From NCBI GenBank assembly GCA_039683575.1, contig JBDKRC010000170.1, forward strand, positions 1-14,727: 14,727 nt of DNA. Direction: 5' to 3'. Below, in pieces: positions 6,151 to 14,371 of the stretch (its first letter is position 1; every line of letters begins with the position of its first letter). The notes below the pieces were generated by a model. It saw only the letters and a program-made list of their open reading frames with translations, did no database searches and had not been told where the DNA came from. The translations under genes and the position numbers were made by a program. The stretch is from Armatimonadia bacterium. Its GTDB lineage: Bacteria; Armatimonadota; Zipacnadia; Zipacnadales; UBA11051.

Positions 6151-9100
6151 CTATTTGATCGGCTGATCCTTCCGGATGTTGCTCTTCGGCAACTCCTTCA
6201 CATCCAGGGTCGCCAAGTCCCACGCCTCCAGACTGATCTCTACTCTGGTCTTAGTCCGTCCCACAAACTGCGACAGTTCCACCCCGTTCCCCAGGTCGGT
6301 TACGTGGGTGCCCATGGCGAAGGCTTTGGGGAAGGTGATTCTTACCTTCTGGGGCTTGTCGGTGTCGTTGATGATCGCCAGCCGGTCGCCATACCACCGG
6401 GCCACCAGGCGCGGGTCGCGCGGGAAGATCTCGCCCTCGAAATCCTTCGGGGACAGGGCCGGCAGGGCGCGGTAGGCCCTGATGAACCGTCGCAGTTCGA
6501 TCTCGTGGCCAATGGTCCCGGCGTACCAGTTGTAGAAGCTGATGTTATAGGGGTTGTGCATCCGCAAGGTGTAGGTCAAAGGCTCGAAAAAGGCCCTCCC
6601 AGGCCCGCTGGAGGGGCCTACGCGGAATCCCTTGGGATGAGTCGGCAGTTCCCAATAGACGAAATAGAGCTCGGTCTCGCTGCCCTCGGCGGTGTTGTAG
6701 AAGCCCTGCTGCCGGTCGTCATACTGCCACGTCTTGTTGGCTTCTTCGCCAAAATACCGGTCCGACCCGACCAGCAGGCAGCGGTTGATGCGCAGACCCT
6801 TTTCCTGCAGGTACAGCCGCGGGTCATAGCCGTGGTTGCGCATCATTTCCAGCGGCTCTTGCTTGCGCTCCTGCCAGGCGTTGAACTTGCCGGGGTGGTT
6901 GTTGGGCAGGTTCGTCTTGACGAGCAGGCGCCGGTTGTCGCCACGGGATACCACCAGGTCCCGGCACTTGAGCCACAGCTCCTTAGTCTCCTCACAGCGC
7001 CAGTTGATCCACCGCTCCCAAAGGTCCGGATTGGCCCGCAGCGCGTTGTAGCGGCTCGGAGCGTCCCCCGGCGTCCCCGGGACGGATAGGCCGGTGGCGC
7101 GCTGGAACTCCTCGATATTCCACTCGCTATAGCCCGCGTCTTCCGGCGGGCGGCTCGGAGCGTCGCCGGAGTAGCAGGTGCCCATCTTGCCGTCGGCCTT
7201 GAAGCTGACAAAGGGGACGCAGTTGCTGCCGCGCACCTTGTCGAGGAACTCGGACATGAAGGTCATCAGCCGTCCCTGGGCCTCGGGCCGCAGGGGGTCG
7301 GGGACGTCGCCGAAGTAGTGCCGGACCGTTTTGCCGTCCTTGTCGAGCTGGAAAGTGTCGCGCGTGAACTCCGGCGACTTGTCATAGAAGGCCAGCCCGT
7401 CGAGGCACGGTATGACCTGCATGCCGCGCTCCTCGGCCAGCGGCAGGATGTCGTCAAACACGTCGTAGGTGCCCGCATTGGGCAGTTTGCTGCCGTTGTA
7501 GTAGCACTTCATGTCGAAGGCCACAGGGTGGAACTCAAGGCGGTTAGCGCCCATGAACTTCATGTAATCAAAGAGGCTGAGTACCGAGGCCCGGCGCTGC
7601 TGGTCGCCCTCGCCGGAGAAGCCGTACTGGGTGTACATATAGCGATGGGCCGGAAAAAACAGCCCTACGGTGCGCTGAGGCTGCTTATCCGGCGTGGGGA
7701 CTTCATTGTGCAGCGCCGCGTCTTCATCGAGTAGCTGATAGACCCAGAGCTTGGAGACCGCCGCGGCGCTCTGGCCCCCGGGGGCGCCGTGGAAACTGGT
7801 GACGGTCACCTCGGCGGCGTTGCTCTTGGGGTAGAAAATCAGCGAGTGGCGGAAGGGCCGGCCGTCGCAGGGGTACTCGCGGCCTGTGTAGACGGTGGAG
7901 AGGTCAACGAGGCGGGTGTCGCCGGGGCCGGTCTCGTAGAGGTGCTGGGCCATCTGGCTGCCCGGAGCGGCGTCTACGGCGATTTCAGTGTAGCGCTCGC
8001 GGTCGTTGGCCAGTTCCGCGACGAGCACGTGCGGCACGGGCAGGGCCGTGGTGGCCACGGTGTAGGCGAAGCCGGGGAGGGCGGGCCGCTGCTGGCCGTA
8101 GGAGGTGACCTTCTCCTGCACGCTGTCAGGCGCGCCGGTGAGGCGGAAGCTGCGGCCGGGGATGATCTCCTGCACCTTCGACTGCCCCCACTGCCGGAAG
8201 GAATGGTCCTCGCGCGTGCAGTCCACGCTGTCGATCAGGCGGCAGGGCAGCGCTTCCTGGGCCTGTCCGCTGGCGATAAGCTCGATGGCCTTGGCGCGGC
8301 CTGTCTCATCATCCATGTAGAAGACGCCGTCATAGAGGAACCCCTCGCCGGGCTGGGTGGAGGGGAAGGGCTTATCGTCGCGAATGGGCCTGCCGTCGGC
8401 GCCGAGGCGGAATACGTGCCCACCGGCATGGCCGGGAGCGGCGTTGACGGTGACCAGGGCCTCGGCCTCTGGAAGGCCTGCCGGGGCGATGGCGCCGTCG
8501 AGCCGGGCGGTGAGGCGGGCTTTGTGGGGGCGAATGCGCAGGTAGGTGGGGATGGTCACCGAGATGGGCACGAGGTCCACAGGCTTCTCAGCCGCCCACA
8601 GCTTGAGATCAGGCTCGGCGGCCACGGAGGCCACTTCCACGCCATCGAGCGCCACGACCAGCGGATAACACCGGGTCAGAACACGAGGGGCCTGGGCCTG
8701 GAGCCTGAGCACGAAGGGCTTGCCCACCTGCACCTCGACGGGCGCAGTCAGCCTGGTGATGGCGGCCTCTTCGAGCGGCAGCCCCCGCATGATGGCGGTC
8801 ATCTGCGCAGCCTGTAGCACTGTGGGGTAGAAGCGCAGGTCGTCGAAGGCGGCGTCGGCGGTGGCCTTGCCGCTCCAGTCGCCGCCTACGTTGAACGTAG
8901 GCCACGGGTGGACATCATACTTGCCGGCGCGACGGGCGACGCACTGGCCGTCGACGTACAGGGCGAGCCCCTGTTTGGCGTCCCAGGTGGCGCCGATATG
9001 ATGCCAGTCGCCGGCCTTCCAGTTGCTGACATCGTAGGTCAGATAGGGGTCAGTCGGGGAGCGGAGGTCGAGGCGGAGTTGGCCGGTGCTCCACTTCCAC

Positions 9101-9444
9101 AGGTAGAAGGTATTTTGCAGCTTGTCGTTAAAATCAGACAGGTCGGCGACGAGGCCGTGACTCTGGCCATCATTGCCGTTCCAGTTGGGCCGCAGCCAGA
9201 AGGCGAGGGAGCCCTGCGACTTGTCGAGGGCGTCTTTGGCAGGATAGGTGGCGAGGGTACCGGCAGGGAAGTTCGCGCCGGGGCCGAACTTGGCGTCCAC
9301 GTAGGTCACGTCGCCCTTCAGGGCCGAGGGGGCGCCGGAGGGTACGGCCTGCAAGGTGCCGTCAAAGGTGAGATGGAAGCTGGGAGCATAGGCGGAGACT
9401 GCGACCGGCAGAAGGAGCAGCGGCAGCCAAAGCAGTTTGCGCAA
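6151..9444 (-). CDS. Large secreted protein: signal peptide, LamG-like jellyroll, unassigned central region, C-terminal glycoside-hydrolase-like (GHL10/DUF187-like) domain
   Basis: TTG start with GAGGAGG 9 nt upstream; MRKLLWLPLLLLPVAVSA signal peptide; LamG motifs GSLAFWLRP, WHHIGATWD, LYVDG, FDDLRFY. C-terminal half has DYMKFMGANRL, DDILPLAEERGMQV, PDPLRPEAQ, GYSEWNIEEF, WERWINWRC. The CDS is secure; the catalytic family is inferred. Confidence 0.75.
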   Translation of the reverse strand: MRKLLWLPLLLLPVAVSAYAPSFHLTFDGTLQAVPSGAPSALKGDVTYVDAKFGPGANFPAGTLATYPAKDALDKSQGSLAFWLRPNWNGNDGQSHGLVADLSDFNDKLQNTFYLWKWSTGQLRLDLRSPTDPYLTYDVSNWKAGDWHHIGATWDAKQGLALYVDGQCVARRAGKYDVHPWPTFNVGGDWSGKATADAAFDDLRFYPTVLQAAQMTAIMRGLPLEEAAITRLTAPVEVQVGKPFVLRLQAQAPRVLTRCYPLVVALDGVEVASVAAEPDLKLWAAEKPVDLVPISVTIPTYLRIRPHKARLTARLDGAIAPAGLPEAEALVTVNAAPGHAGGHVFRLGADGRPIRDDKPFPSTQPGEGFLYDGVFYMDDETGRAKAIELIASGQAQEALPCRLIDSVDCTREDHSFRQWGQSKVQEIIPGRSFRLTGAPDSVQEKVTSYGQQRPALPGFAYTVATTALPVPHVLVAELANDRERYTEIAVDAAPGSQMAQHLYETGPGDTRLVDLSTVYTGREYPCDGRPFRHSLIFYPKSNAAEVTVTSFHGAPGGQSAAAVSKLWVYQLLDEDAALHNEVPTPDKQPQRTVGLFFPAHRYMYTQYGFSGEGDQQRRASVLSLFDYMKFMGANRLEFHPVAFDMKCYYNGSKLPNAGTYDVFDDILPLAEERGMQVIPCLDGLAFYDKSPEFTRDTFQLDKDGKTVRHYFGDVPDPLRPEAQGRLMTFMSEFLDKVRGSNCVPFVSFKADGKMGTCYSGDAPSRPPEDAGYSEWNIEEFQRATGLSVPGTPGDAPSRYNALRANPDLWERWINWRCEETKELWLKCRDLVVSRGDNRRLLVKTNLPNNHPGKFNAWQERKQEPLEMMRNHGYDPRLYLQEKGLRINRCLLVGSDRYFGEEANKTWQYDDRQQGFYNTAEGSETELYFVYWELPTHPKGFRVGPSSGPGRAFFEPLTYTLRMHNPYNISFYNWYAGTIGHEIELRRFIRAYRALPALSPKDFEGEIFPRDPRLVARWYGDRLAIINDTDKPQKVRITFPKAFAMGTHVTDLGNGVELSQFVGRTKTRVEISLEAWDLATLDVKELPKSNIRKDQPIK

Positions 9445-9537
9445 GAGGATCGTCCTCCTCGGGGCTTCAAAGTGTAGAACAAGCGAGGATGACAGAACTG
9501 CCAGCGGGTGGCGGTAGTCCTGAAGAAGGCGTCATCA

Positions 9538-9546
9538 ATGGTACCA
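9538..9546 (-). promoter_or_regulatory. Possible extended -10 element (TGGTACCAT) for the 1097-aa gene
   Basis: TGnTACCAT on the minus strand about 95 nt upstream of the start; no convincing -35. Confidence 0.35.
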
Positions 9547-9581
9547 CATTTCGCCGCCGAAGCGGGTATTCCTGCCGGGGA

Positions 9582-9634
9582 GGGTACGGCGGGAACAGGT
9601 GAGGCGGGAACGGGTACGGCGGGAACACGGGAAC
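9582..9634 (+). repeat. 15-bp tandem repeat, about 3.5 copies
   Basis: GGGTACGGCGGGAAC / AGGTGAGGCGGGAAC / GGGTACGGCGGGAAC / ACGGGAAC. Confidence 0.85.
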
Positions 9635-9644
9635 GTGAGGTTGT

Positions 9645-9732
9645 TGTCATTCTGAGCGAAGCGAAGAATCTCGGCAGGGGGTGAGGGGGTAGTGGGAGGC
9701 GACGCAGGCTCGTTCGCTACTTCAGGATGACA
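9645..9732. repeat. TGTCATTCTGAGCGAAGCGAAGAATCT-type inverted-repeat element with a decayed right arm
   Basis: Left arm 9645-9671; right end ...TTCGCTACTTCAGGATGACA (to 9732) is partially complementary to it. Confidence 0.7.
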
Positions 9733-9807
9733 GAGCGAGGAGAAGCACGAAGCAACTTACCCGGCTGCGGATTGTTCTAACTGTTCAGACTGTACAGGAG
9801 GCTTGCC

Positions 9808-10119
9808 ATGACACGTTCCACGACAGTAGTGATGATTGCCGCGCTGGTGGCGGCATTTGTGGTGGGGGCTTTGGTGGCGGGAGGGCAGAATGCGGCGGTG
9901 GCGCAGGAGGAGGGGCAGGGGCAGGGCCAGGACCAGCAGGTGGACATCAAGGCGCTGACGCAGGCTTCGCCGGTCGTGGCGGCGGTGCCCTACCAGTCGC
10001 GGGTGGAGTATGAGCAGGACCCCTTCGAGCCGACGCGGCTGAAGCGGACGACGGAGACCGTGACGCGGGTGATGCTCGTGAAGGCGGACGGGACGGTGGA
10101 GATCAAGGAAGCGAAGTGA
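9808..10119 (+). CDS. Hypothetical exported protein (103 aa)
   Basis: AGGAGG at 9796-9801, ATG 9808; hydrophobic N-terminus with an AVA-Q cleavage-like site; Q/G-rich linker; GC-rich third positions. Confidence 0.85.
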   Translation: MTRSTTVVMIAALVAAFVVGALVAGGQNAAVAQEEGQGQGQDQQVDIKALTQASPVVAAVPYQSRVEYEQDPFEPTRLKRTTETVTRVMLVKADGTVEIKEAK

Positions 10120-10159
10120 GGGGCGAAGGGTATCAGGAGTGGTGTCGACTGGTGAGCAT

Positions 10160-10248
10160 TCAAAATGGGGACGGAGCCCCTGCGCGGGAGTAACCCGTGC
10201 CGAATCCACCAACGATACCGCCGCGCAGGGGCTCCGTCCCCATTTTGA
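10160..10248. repeat. Perfect 28-bp inverted repeat element
   Basis: TCAAAATGGGGACGGAGCCCCTGCGCGG (10160-10187) and its exact reverse complement (10221-10248), 33-nt spacer. Confidence 0.92.
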
Positions 10249-10302
10249 CCGGCACGTTTCCGGCCTGCGATTGTAGCGATGAACTGAGTGGAGGTTAGAC
10301 GA

Positions 10303-10836
10303 ATGGCTAAGGTTGAGGTTAGTTACGACTACTGTTTGCCGCAGATGCTCAAGGCGTTAAGCAGCCACGGGTTGCTGCTGGTGTCGGTTGACGAGGGCAG
10401 GCGGCCCAATGCCATGACCATTGGCTGGGCGCAGATCGGGATCATCTGGAGCCGCAAGATCATGACCGTGATGGTGCGGCCGTCGCGGTATACCTACAAG
10501 TGTATCGAGGCGACGCAGGACTTTACCGTCTGTGTGCCCTATGCGGAGCTGGCCGAGCAAGTGATGTTTTGCGGGACCGAGAGCGGGCGGACGTATGACA
10601 AATTCGCCGAGTGCGGCTTCACGGTCGGCAGGAGCGAACTCATCAACTCGCCGTACATCGAGCAGTGCGGGCTGTGCTATCAATGCCAGGTGGTGAACTA
10701 CGCGGACTTTGTACCGGAGCAGACGAACCCGGACATCTGTAAGCAGTGCTACCCCGGCGGGGATTTCCACCGGGCGTACTTTGGGCAGATCTTGAATGTG
10801 GTGGCGGATGAGGATTTTGAGACGAGGTTTGGGTAG
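10303..10836 (+). CDS. Flavin reductase family protein (flavoredoxin-like FMN-binding split barrel, 177 aa)
   Basis: GGAGG at 10290-10294, then ATG 10303; PNAMTIGW, VRPSRYTY, FTVCVP, FCGTESGRTYDKF, DFHRAYFGQI. Confidence 0.92.
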   Translation: MAKVEVSYDYCLPQMLKALSSHGLLLVSVDEGRRPNAMTIGWAQIGIIWSRKIMTVMVRPSRYTYKCIEATQDFTVCVPYAELAEQVMFCGTESGRTYDKFAECGFTVGRSELINSPYIEQCGLCYQCQVVNYADFVPEQTNPDICKQCYPGGDFHRAYFGQILNVVADEDFETRFG

Positions 10837-10846
10837 AGGGTCTTCC

Positions 10847-10918
10847 CGCGTGGTAGGCACACTCCGTGTGCCGGAACACGTTCAGTGATTCCGGCATGCG
10901 GAGCATGCCTACCACGCG
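10847..10918. repeat. REPIN-like inverted doublet (family GTAGGCACACTCCGTGTGCCG) between convergent genes; may also terminate or stabilise transcripts
   Basis: 30-bp arms at 10847-10876 and 10889-10918, 26/30 complementary; each arm is GTA plus hairpin GGCACAC-TCC-GTGTGCC or GGCATGC-TCC-GCATGCC. Confidence 0.88.
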
Positions 10919-10924
10919 ATGAGG

Positions 10925-11644
10925 TTAGATCGTTTTGCCGAGGTAGGCTTCGTTTACTCGGGGGTCGTTCAGGAGGTCCTCGGCGGGGGCCTCGATGGTT
11001 ATGCGGCCGGTTTCGAGGACGTAGCCACGGTGCGCCAGCTTCAGGGCCTGGCGCGCGTTTTGTTCTACCAGTAGGATTGTCGTTCCTCCGGCGTTGATTT
11101 CCCGTAGAGCGTTGAAGATGTCGCGCACCAGAAGCGGGGCGAGGCCCATTGAGGGCTCGTCCAGCAGCATCAGCTTGCCGCGAGTCATGAGCGCGCGGCC
11201 TACCGCGAGCATCTGCTGCTCGCCGCCGGAGAGCGAGCCGGCGAGTTGCTGGCGGCGCTCGTGCAGGCGGGGGAAGAGGGCGTAGACGCGGTCGTAGTCG
11301 GCGCTTAGGGCGCGTTTGTCGCGGCGGGTCCAGGTCGCCAGCTTGAGGTTTTCGGCGACGGAGAGGTTGGCGAAGATGCCGCGTCCCTCGGGGACGTGGG
11401 CGAGGCCGCGCTCGACGATGCGGTGGGCCGGAACGCGGGCGAGGGTCTGGCCCGCGAAGGTCATCGAGCCCTGCCACGGGACCATGCCGGAGATGGCGCG
11501 GAGGAGGGTGGACTTGCCCGCGCCGTTGGCGCCGATGAGCGTGACAATCTCACCGGGGTCTACCCTTAGTGAGACGCCCTGGAGGGCTTTGATGCCGCCG
11601 TAGGCGACCTGGAGGTCCTCGACCAGCAAAAGCGGATCGGCCAT
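10925..11644 (-). CDS. livF: Branched-chain amino acid ABC transporter ATP-binding protein LivF
   Basis: GANGAGKST, HVPEGRGIF, LSGGEQQMLAVGRALM, LLDEPSMGLAP, LLVEQNA; TGATG overlap with livG. Confidence 0.96.
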   Translation of the reverse strand: MADPLLLVEDLQVAYGGIKALQGVSLRVDPGEIVTLIGANGAGKSTLLRAISGMVPWQGSMTFAGQTLARVPAHRIVERGLAHVPEGRGIFANLSVAENLKLATWTRRDKRALSADYDRVYALFPRLHERRQQLAGSLSGGEQQMLAVGRALMTRGKLMLLDEPSMGLAPLLVRDIFNALREINAGGTTILLVEQNARQALKLAHRGYVLETGRITIEAPAEDLLNDPRVNEAYLGKTI

Positions 11645-12411
11645 CAGTCAGCCTCCTCGCCAAGGTAGGCCTCGATGACGCGGCGGTTCGCCTGGATTTC
11701 AGCGGGCGTGCCCTCGGCTATGGTCTCACCGAAGTCGAGTACGAGAATGCGCTCGGCAGCGCCCATGACGACCTGCATCTGGTGCTCGATGAGCAGGATC
11801 GTGAGCTTGTACTCGCGCCTGATGAAGAGAATGAGGTTCATCAGGTCATGGGCCTCGGCGGGGTTCATGCCAGCCGCAGGCTCGTCGAGCAGCAGCAGGC
11901 GCGGGCCAGTGGCGAGGGCGCGGGCGATCTCGAGGCGGCGCTGCTGCCCGTAGGGGAGGCTGCCGGCCTCCGCCCAGGCGTAGTCGGCCAGGCCGAAGGC
12001 GTCGAGCAGCTCGAGCGAGCGGGTGCGGACCTGGGCTTCGCTGCGCTTGAAGGACGGCAGGTGGAAGGTACTGGCCACTAGGGAGTAGGCGCCGTCGGCG
12101 TACTGGGCGATGCGGAGGTTGTCCAGAGCCGTGAGGCTTTTGAAGAGGCGGATGTTCTGGAAGGTGCGGGCGAGGCCGAGGTTGACGGTCTGGTGAGTTG
12201 GGCGGCCGACGAGGCTGTGGCCGTCGAAGGTCAGGCTGCCCTCGCTGGGGCGGTAGACGCCGGTGATGAGGTTGAAGACGGTGGTCTTCCCGGCACCGTT
12301 GGGGCCGATCAGGGCCACGAGCTCACCGGACCGCAGATCAAGATTGAAGTTCGACACGGCGCGCAGGCCGGTGAAGTAGTGCGTGAGGCCGCTCGCTGAG
12401 AGGAGGGTCAT
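11644..12411 (-). CDS. livG: Branched-chain amino acid ABC transporter ATP-binding protein LivG
   Basis: GPNGAGKTT, ARTFQNIRLF, LPYGQQRRLEIARALA, LLDEPAAGMN, VIEAYLG; ATGA overlap with livM. Confidence 0.96.
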   Translation of the reverse strand: MTLLSASGLTHYFTGLRAVSNFNLDLRSGELVALIGPNGAGKTTVFNLITGVYRPSEGSLTFDGHSLVGRPTHQTVNLGLARTFQNIRLFKSLTALDNLRIAQYADGAYSLVASTFHLPSFKRSEAQVRTRSLELLDAFGLADYAWAEAGSLPYGQQRRLEIARALATGPRLLLLDEPAAGMNPAEAHDLMNLILFIRREYKLTILLIEHQMQVVMGAAERILVLDFGETIAEGTPAEIQANRRVIEAYLGEEAD

Positions 12412-13424
12412 GAGGCCACCTCTTCCTCAGCGGCTGCGGTGTCGGGTGGACGTCGCGGCGGACGCTCGTCAGCGGGAACCAGGAAGCGGAACTCGCGGTT
12501 GCCCATGATGCCGCGGGGCCGGGTGAGCATGAGAATGATCAGGAAGGCCGGAGCGACGGCAAGGCGCCATTCCGGGGAGATGTGCAGCCAGGAGAGTAGC
12601 GGGCGCAGGGCTTCGAGGACGACGGTGAAGACTGTGGCGCCGAGGATCGAGCCGCCGAGGCTGGACACGCCGCCGAGATAGACCATGACCAGCATCTCGG
12701 TGGACTTGAGGATCGTGAAGGACTTGGGGTTGATGAACTGGACTTCGTGGGCGAAGAGGCCACCCGCGAGACCGGCGAGGAAGGCCGAGAAGATGAAGAT
12801 CAGCATCTTCACCTGACGGGTGTTGACGCCTACGAGCCCGGCGGCAGTTTCGTCCTCGCGGATGGCGAGCACGCCGCGCCCGTAGCGGGAGTAGATGACG
12901 TTGCGGGCGAGGTAGATGCACACGATGACCGTGAGGTAGACCCAGGGGAGGGTCGTGAGTTTGTCCATGCCCATGTAGCCCTGGGGGCCGCCGACAGCCG
13001 GGGTGTTCTCCAGGCCGCTTTTGACGATCATGTTGAAGGCGAGGGTGACGATGGCGAGGTAGTCGCCGCGAGTGCGAAAAGACGGGAAGGCGATGGCAAG
13101 GCCGGCAACGCCTGCTGCGAGGCCGCCGCCGAGTAGGGCTATCGGGAAGAGATATTCGGCGCCGGCGCGGGGAAGGAGTTCCTTGGTGATGACCGAGGCC
13201 CCGTAGGCGCCGATGGCCATGAAGCCGGCGTGGCCGACGGAGAACTCACCCATGTAGCCGTTGATGAGGTTGAGGCTCACCGGGAGGATGATGTTGATGC
13301 CGATGTACTTGAGGACGAGTTCGAGATAGGGGTTGATGATCCCGTAGCGCGGCAGCAGGAACGTCAGCGGAGCCGCGAGGAGGAGGATCAGCGGGAGTTG
13401 ATGGCGGCGGAGGAAGCTCTTCAT
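12408..13424 (-). CDS. livM: Branched-chain amino acid ABC transporter permease LivM (338 aa)
   Basis: SLNLINGYMGEFSVGHAGFMAIGAY, RTRGDYLAIVTLAF, AIREDETAAGLVGVN. Likely start MKSFLRR at 13424, overlapping the livH stop (ATGA). Confidence 0.95.
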   Translation of the reverse strand: MKSFLRRHQLPLILLLAAPLTFLLPRYGIINPYLELVLKYIGINIILPVSLNLINGYMGEFSVGHAGFMAIGAYGASVITKELLPRAGAEYLFPIALLGGGLAAGVAGLAIAFPSFRTRGDYLAIVTLAFNMIVKSGLENTPAVGGPQGYMGMDKLTTLPWVYLTVIVCIYLARNVIYSRYGRGVLAIREDETAAGLVGVNTRQVKMLIFIFSAFLAGLAGGLFAHEVQFINPKSFTILKSTEMLVMVYLGGVSSLGGSILGATVFTVVLEALRPLLSWLHISPEWRLAVAPAFLIILMLTRPRGIMGNREFRFLVPADERPPRRPPDTAAAEEEVAS

Positions 13425-14332
13425 ACTTTCTGGCTCACAGTCCGCCCGAGCAGGCCCGTGGGCCGGAAGATGAGCAGCACCAGCAGGAGCGAGAAGGCGA
13501 TGATGTCGCGATAGCTCGAGGAGCGCAAGGCGACGGGGGTGAAGATCTCGACGAAGCCCAGGATGAAGCCGCCGAGCATCGCCCCGCGGATATTGCCGAT
13601 GCCGCCGACGACGGCCGAGATGAACGCCCACCAGCCGATGCGGATGCCCATGTAGGGGTCAATGGTATAGGCCATGCCGTACAGCGTGCCGCCGATGGCC
13701 GCGACGCCCGCGCCGAGGGCGAAAGTGAGGCTGATGATGCGGTCCACCGGCACGCCCATGAGCGGGACGATGCTGTGGTCCCAGGAGATGGCGCGCATCG
13801 CGATGCCGACCATGGTCTTGCGGACGATGGCGTCCAGCAGGAGCATCGAGACGATGGCGATGCCGATGATGGACAACTGCAGTGAGGAGATCGTGATGCC
13901 GCCGACCATGAGGTCGGTCTGCGGGAGGAGCTGCGGGAGCATGCGCGGCTCGGGGCCGATCGGCTTGATGGCCACGAAGGCGTTTTCGAGCAGAAGACCG
14001 ACGCCGAGCGCGGTGATGACGGCGGACATGCGCGGGGCGTTGCGCAGGGGCTTGTAGGCGGCGCGCTCGATGAGGACTGCAAGCAGTGAGGTGCCGAGCA
14101 TGGCGAGTACGACGGTGCCGGCGAAGACGGCGAGCGGGTGAGCCTCGCCCAGCCACGCCAACAGTAGCCCGGAGCCGAAGAACGCGATGTAGGTGCTGAC
14201 CATGAAGATATCGCCATGGGCGAAGTTGATCATGGCCAGGATGCCGTAGACCATCGTGTAGCCCAAAGCGATCAGAGCGTAGACGCTGCCGACCTGGAGG
14301 GCGTTGAGGATTTGTTGGAGATAGAAGTCCAT
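13421..14332 (-). CDS. livH: Branched-chain amino acid ABC transporter permease LivH
   Basis: GSVYALIALGYTMVYGILAMINFAHGD, ERAAYKPLR, VVGGIGNIRGAMLGG, FRPTGLLG. Confidence 0.96.
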   Translation of the reverse strand: MDFYLQQILNALQVGSVYALIALGYTMVYGILAMINFAHGDIFMVSTYIAFFGSGLLLAWLGEAHPLAVFAGTVVLAMLGTSLLAVLIERAAYKPLRNAPRMSAVITALGVGLLLENAFVAIKPIGPEPRMLPQLLPQTDLMVGGITISSLQLSIIGIAIVSMLLLDAIVRKTMVGIAMRAISWDHSIVPLMGVPVDRIISLTFALGAGVAAIGGTLYGMAYTIDPYMGIRIGWWAFISAVVGGIGNIRGAMLGGFILGFVEIFTPVALRSSSYRDIIAFSLLLVLLIFRPTGLLGRTVSQKV

Positions 14333-14336
14333 AGGG

Positions 14337-14371
14337 CAGGGATCAGGTGTCAGGGATCAGGAATCAGGCTG
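14337..14371 (+). repeat. Heptamer tandem repeat, 5 units
   Basis: CAGGGAT CAGGTGT CAGGGAT CAGGAAT CAGGCTG; on the minus strand it supplies TGA in all three frames (14343, 14350, 14357, 14364). Confidence 0.8.

Noticed and set aside
13425..13631. N-terminal extension of livM to 13631
   Set aside because: Overlaps livH by over 200 nt; the ATGA-coupled start at 13424 fits operon organisation.
1108..14217. Many long alternative-frame or antisense ORFs (e.g. 1752..2582, 3692..4582, 7789..8817, 10749..11477, 13435..14217)
   Set aside because: Expected in high-GC DNA; Arg/Pro/His-rich or antisense mirrors of well-supported genes, with no recognisable motifs.
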